64,000 nucleotides of DNA from Enoplolaimus lenunculus (Eukaryota): the NCBI GenBank assembly GCA_030248215.1, contig JASANG010004131.1, positions 248,001-312,000 on the forward strand. The letters run 5' to 3'. The notes under the pieces are model-generated. The model worked only from the letters and a program-made list of their open reading frames with translations. It did not search any database and was not told where the DNA came from. The translations under genes and the position numbers were made by a program. Below are positions 59,241 through 64,000 of the stretch, in pieces; the first letter of the stretch is position 1; each line of letters starts with the position of its first letter.

Positions 59241-59312
59241 GGCCACGCCGAGAATCGAACCTCGGATCTCTCACTCGCGAGTCAGGCGCGCTACCCCTTA
59301 CACCATGCGGCC
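59241..59312 (-). other. tRNA-like pseudogene or SINE-head module (copy 2), CGC in the anticodon position
   Basis: 72 nt: GGCCGCA TG GTGT AAGGGGTA GCGC G CCTGA CTCGCGA GTGAG AGAT CCGAG GTTCGATT CTCGG CGTGGCC. The acceptor, D and T stems pair; the anticodon stem does not. Confidence 0.65.
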
Positions 59313-59542
59313 GATATCATATTTTCCTCCGGTACTATAGGTGCATGGGATCTATTTGCAAATCGGAAAGTCATGTGTTCAGTGTTTGTGCAGCGTTCAA
59401 TAATTTTTGTAATTTAAAACTCAAGCTTACGATTTTTCAGATGCATGTTTTTATGCTTTTTAGTATTTCTTAATAAATGTGTGTTGATACATATACTCTG
59501 GAAAGTATATAATAGAGCTTGTTGTCGGCACAAAAATTGACA

Positions 59543-62500
59543 ATGCCAAAGTATACCGGAAAATCGTGCCGGTTAACAGTAATGTTAACTATGACAGCAT
59601 CCTTCTTCCTTGTCGAAATCATAACCGGCTACGCAACAAAATCAATGGCTTTGGTCGCTGATTCCTTCCATATGTTGAGTGATGTGCTCGCTCTAATAAT
59701 AGCCTTCTTTTGCATGAAATTATCTCGTAAAAAATCTGACAAAAACACATTCGGCTGGGTGCGCGCTGAAGTGCTTGGTGCTCTAATCAACGCTGTGTTC
59801 CTGTTGGCATTGTGTTTCTCAATTTTTATTGAGTCGCTCAAGGTAAGCTCGCAAGTTAAGTTTCATGTGGTCACTAAAATTGTTCATCTATTTACGTATC
59901 TAAACTTTGTTGCTTTCTAAAAGGTATAAATTCACAAACGGAGACTACGTATTTAACTATTTTAAATGAAAGCTTTGCAATCCGCGGTTAAAATAGAAGT
60001 TTGTTAGTATACTGCAATCATTTGGAATTTATATACGTGAGAATTTCTATAGCATATAATATACACTACATACACACGAGCCGAAAAAAACATAATTTGC
60101 TCAAGTATATTAAGTTTCGGTTCCGGCATTTTTCACCTTCCGGTTCCGGTAAATTTTTACCGGAATTAATGCCGGTATTAAAATTTGTTTGGTGGAAATT
60201 AAGATATTTTACTAAAAAATGACGATTAAAATATAATAAATTTCAATAGTATAGCATGTAATCCGTGACAATCGCCGAAAGTAAACCATCGAAGGTACAT
60301 TTCGCTTCCGTGGATTATGAAAATTTGAAATACAGCAGATAAGGTGAATACCTATCTCCAAGTAGGTTTCTTTCACCATTAATATTGCAAAAAAGAAAAT
60401 TAAAATGAATTTTTCGGTGGCATGTATTTTTCATCTTCCGGTTCCATTTCTAGTAATTTTTTTCAAATTCATATATACATATTTCTCACAATGGATATTG
60501 TTGAAATAGGTCTAGTTTTACGTTTATTTCCGATTTTCCACGTTTCTTACAGATGTACTGGTGTCAAGATTTTCCCTCCTCATACACAGGGCATGAGTGC
60601 TGACTTTTATTGGTTACGCGGGGAAAAGTTCTAATCAGGATTTGTTCTTCGTTCGCCGTATGTCGGTATTTTACTGTGCAAAATATACTTTATCTTGGTT
60701 TTATGTAAAGCTGTTGCGCTTTTAAAACCATATTTCTAGTGTTATCCGAACACGATATGCATAGGATACTGAAATACATAGTGTTAACCAGAAAGCCACC
60801 TCAATTTCGTACCTACGTACGTATTTCGTGGTTTAGGATCTTTTTGTAGGTTTATCGTAGTGACATCAAGATTTGCAGATTTATAGTAAATTCACAAATC
60901 ATAACTGGAATTTTTCTTCCAATGGGTTGTACAATCATGTTTTCCTTTCATTTTTATTCCAAACATAACACAAAACGACTTCAAATGCCCTTACAGACAT
61001 TCTGTGACGTAATTGTATTCAGTATCATACACAGGATATTACGCGCTCAGGACCTCTCCCATGAAAACTACCACAGCTATTTTTGTCTTTAGTGATAATA
61101 ATGCAGAGCGATGATTTTATCTTTAGCTGCTATACTTCTTGTGGCACCGGGTTTTGCTCTGAAAAGCAACCATGGTTCATTTCATATGAAAATGAAATAA
61201 CAGATACTGTACGAAAAGTATATGTGTGATTGCTTAATAACAAAAAAAGTATCGCACGCTAAAATATCTAACTACTTTTCTGTTACTGAAAGAATTATTG
61301 GTTTAGAGACTGTGGGAAGCAGAAGAAATTGAAAAGCCAATGCTTATCCTAATTACTGGTGCATTAGGACTTGGTGTTAATCTGATTGGAATATTTATGT
61401 TCCACGGTCATGCATCGATTCATGGCCATTCTCATGCCCGTCCAGTTCCGCTCGGTCTTGCTGAAGAAAACGGCGATAAAACCCCATTGGACGTAGAAGC
61501 TGAAGCAGACAGTGCCGAGTATAACATGATCAAAAATACTGCTCACAGCATTTCCGTATTTCAATCTTCTGATGGTAAGTAGTGTGTTCGTACATTATAT
61601 ATGCCTTGAATACATTACTGAGTTTCTGTGGTTTTGTTCATTTTTCGGATTCTAAAGCCTGGCCCATAAGGAATTTTGGTTTCTGATTCAAATTTACGAC
61701 TTAAAATATGCAAGTTTGACTCATGTACTTATTCAAATTTCGCACGACATGCGAGAACAGGAAAAATAGAAAACATCCACAGACACAGTTGCTGATTCAA
61801 AATCTGGTAATTGGTTGATTTTTTGTTCTACACAAGACTTGTTTTGTGAGTGAAATTATTCAAATAGCGCACCCAATGGTCTGCTCACGATCTATAACAA
61901 TATTCTTATTTCTTTAAAAAGTTTGGAAATGGTTTGTTATGTAATTGCTCATCTAAACTGAAGTCGAATATTTGAGTCAGTGGTGGTCTTAAAATTTTTC
62001 GTGTGAGTTGAATCTTTAATATACGTTGTAACTGGGCATCACTTAGTTATTATATCTGAAACTCAGCAGCTGTCTGCTGAACTTTTTTGGGGGGGTCGAC
62101 CTTTCAGGCCCCACCTGACAATCTATGATTTGAGTTGTTATATATAAGAAATTGTGCGCGACAAGTTATTTTGTTACGCTTTGCGTTGCGTTTTTTTTGT
62201 TTCTATTGTAGATTATATTCCTGCATAATATTTCATTACACGTTTTATAATATTACCCGCATTTTTGTTGAAAGCACAAGCCGCGTTTGTAAAGTAATAC
62301 TGGTTATGAATTTCTTATTGTTATCAGCAGTTATCTATCATAACGCTACGCGCTTTTTTGTAGAGTCTACGCAACATATTTGTTAAAACGTTGCCTAGTT
62401 ATTTTCTGGGATATATTAATGTAACATTTACGAGAAATTTACTACAATAACAAGTGCTTATTTCTGATTACTTTCTCATTAAACTTTTTTGATATACGTT

Positions 62501-64000
62501 ACTAATTGGTTTGCAGAAAAACTGTGTCTAATTATTCGCTACTGGCTTGAAGCATACGTATGTGAAATATAATTTCAGCCTGGGGGAGCGAACATTTTCG
62601 CTCGCCACGTAGTTGTGAACACAAAATTCGGTTGCAATAGTAAAAATATCATGCTGGCGTTTAGTGTGTTTTCTCAAATGGATGTAGCACATGTCACAAG
62701 TAGGCTGGGTCTCATCATGAACTACATTACACAGAAGCACAAACAGGAACAGGAATTAATTTTTTGTTAGATCAGGAAGAGTAACCGAAACAGCAATTAC
62801 AAATATATTGCACCACCGAATTACCAATAATTGACTATAGTTCAAAATAAAATATGCTGATCATCGACTTTTTAGCGTTTGCATTAGTCAGTTTTCCAAG
62901 TTCTGCAATATAACACGTCGAAAACTTTAAACTATGAGATTTGCTATGAAGGATGCATAGACAAAATACAAGTTTTGAAAACAAGCTGAGCTTAGAGCAA
63001 AGTTATTGAGACCTCCGTTTTGTATATATTTTCAAGTTAATCCTGCACAATTTTCCAAGAATATGAACAGAGACAGGAATTAAATTTTTGCCGGAATTCG
63101 CGTCGAAACAGGAATTCCTGTTGATCCTTGCCAGTTGATGATAGGTCTAGATTTTGAGCCAGTGAATGGCTTGCTTCGGAAATTGGCATATTTTTAAAAT
63201 TTATATACGTTTTCCTGTTCCTGTGCAGATTTTGAGATACACAACTGCAGGAGTACGTGAGTTTGAAAGCTTATTACTCACTGGTGATAGCTGCTATAAG
63301 CATTTGAGAATACGGATCATGTTTAAGTCATAACGATGTTTATATCGTGTTGTTACAGACAATAATGAACAAGTTCCTGTTGCAATGAAAACATTCAACG
63401 AACCTGTAGCCAAGAACAACTCATTGACAGCAAACGATAAAGAAGCAACTGATCTCAGCGATGTTTCTGTTCCAACAGCTGTTCATCTCCATAAACAACC
63501 GGATACAGATACAGCTACTCACGGTACCGGAGGAAATTCTACTGTCGGCGGTATGTCTACAGACGGTAATACTCATCTCACCACTGTTTGTGGGCCTTCA
63601 GATAATTCCACGTCGGTTGGGGCAGCACAACAGTCAACAAAAACAACGGCAACTACAAAGCTGCGCCGACGAGTGGCGTCGCCACCTTTGGCGTCCAAAA
63701 CCGACGCACAGACATCAGCCAAAATGTCGAGTCAACAGCAGTCAAAGTCTTCTCGTGTGTCCTCAGAACAGTTGAATATGCACGGTGTATTTTTGCATAT
63801 TTTAGGCGACGCCATAGGCTCAGTGATTGTTATCGTGAACGCGCTGATTTGTTGGCAGGTTGATAACGACGCTGTGAAACGGTATCTCGATCCGTCGCTT
63901 AGTCTAATTATGGTTGCGATTATTAGCTCAACAACCCTACCGCTGCTGCGTGAATCGGCGCATATTTTACTTCAAACCGTTCCGACACATTTAAATATCG
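59543..64000 (+). CDS. SLC30A1: Cation diffusion facilitator zinc exporter, ZnT1/SLC30A1-like (3' end outside the window)
   Basis: Exons 59543-59842, 61307-61574 and 63359->64000 are phase-consistent. Motifs: SMALVADSFHMLSD (TM2 HxxxD), NTFGWVRAEVLGALINAVFL, HGHASIHGHSH, LNMHGVFLHILGDAIGSVIVI (TM5 HxxxD), YLDPSLS, ESAHILLQTVP. The HD-HD metal site is the zinc-type arrangement. Confidence 0.93.

Noticed and set aside
59241..59312. Functional tRNA-Ala(CGC) gene
   Set aside because: The anticodon stem is unpaired, G3:U70 is absent, the T loop has 8 nt and the sister copy is more degraded.
58715..59417. ORFs of 102-191 aa upstream of SLC30A1
   Set aside because: They span duplicated tRNA-like repeats and show no domain or splice support.
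63461..63775. 104-aa ORF in the supplied track
   Set aside because: It is an alternative frame over the real SLC30A1 exon 3.

Overview
AT-rich (roughly 35% GC by eye), intron-rich animal genomic DNA, not prokaryotic. The host is unidentified. Abundant TTAGGC-type repeats and a divergent RUVBL2 hint at a nematode, but this is inference only. Four spliced genes were rebuilt by hand with GT-AG junctions and consistent phases: (1) a 160-aa four-TM MARVEL-like protein (+, 25288-28452); (2) a 658-aa GMC flavoprotein oxidoreductase with an intact ORF but degenerate signature and active-site motifs (+, 32842-43143, 12 exons); (3) RUVBL2/reptin, 465 aa (-, 45555-54728, 15 exons); (4) SLC30A1/ZnT1-like zinc exporter (+, from 59543, running off the window). 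The first ~22 kb has no intact gene I could support, only probable decayed exons. The window is dense in non-autonomous DNA transposons. These include about 20 or more copies of a GGCC(A/C)ATGT-TIR, 8-bp-TSD family carrying telomere-like (GCCTAA)n arrays, plus hAT-like, CACTG-type, pogo-like and Harbinger-like MITEs and a TTAA-flanked piggyBac-like MITE with an internal tRNA-like Pol III cassette. A cluster of degenerate tRNA-like modules lies just upstream of the zinc transporter. Most entries in the supplied ORF track are repeat-derived or are exon fragments. No database searches were possible, so family names come from motif recognition.
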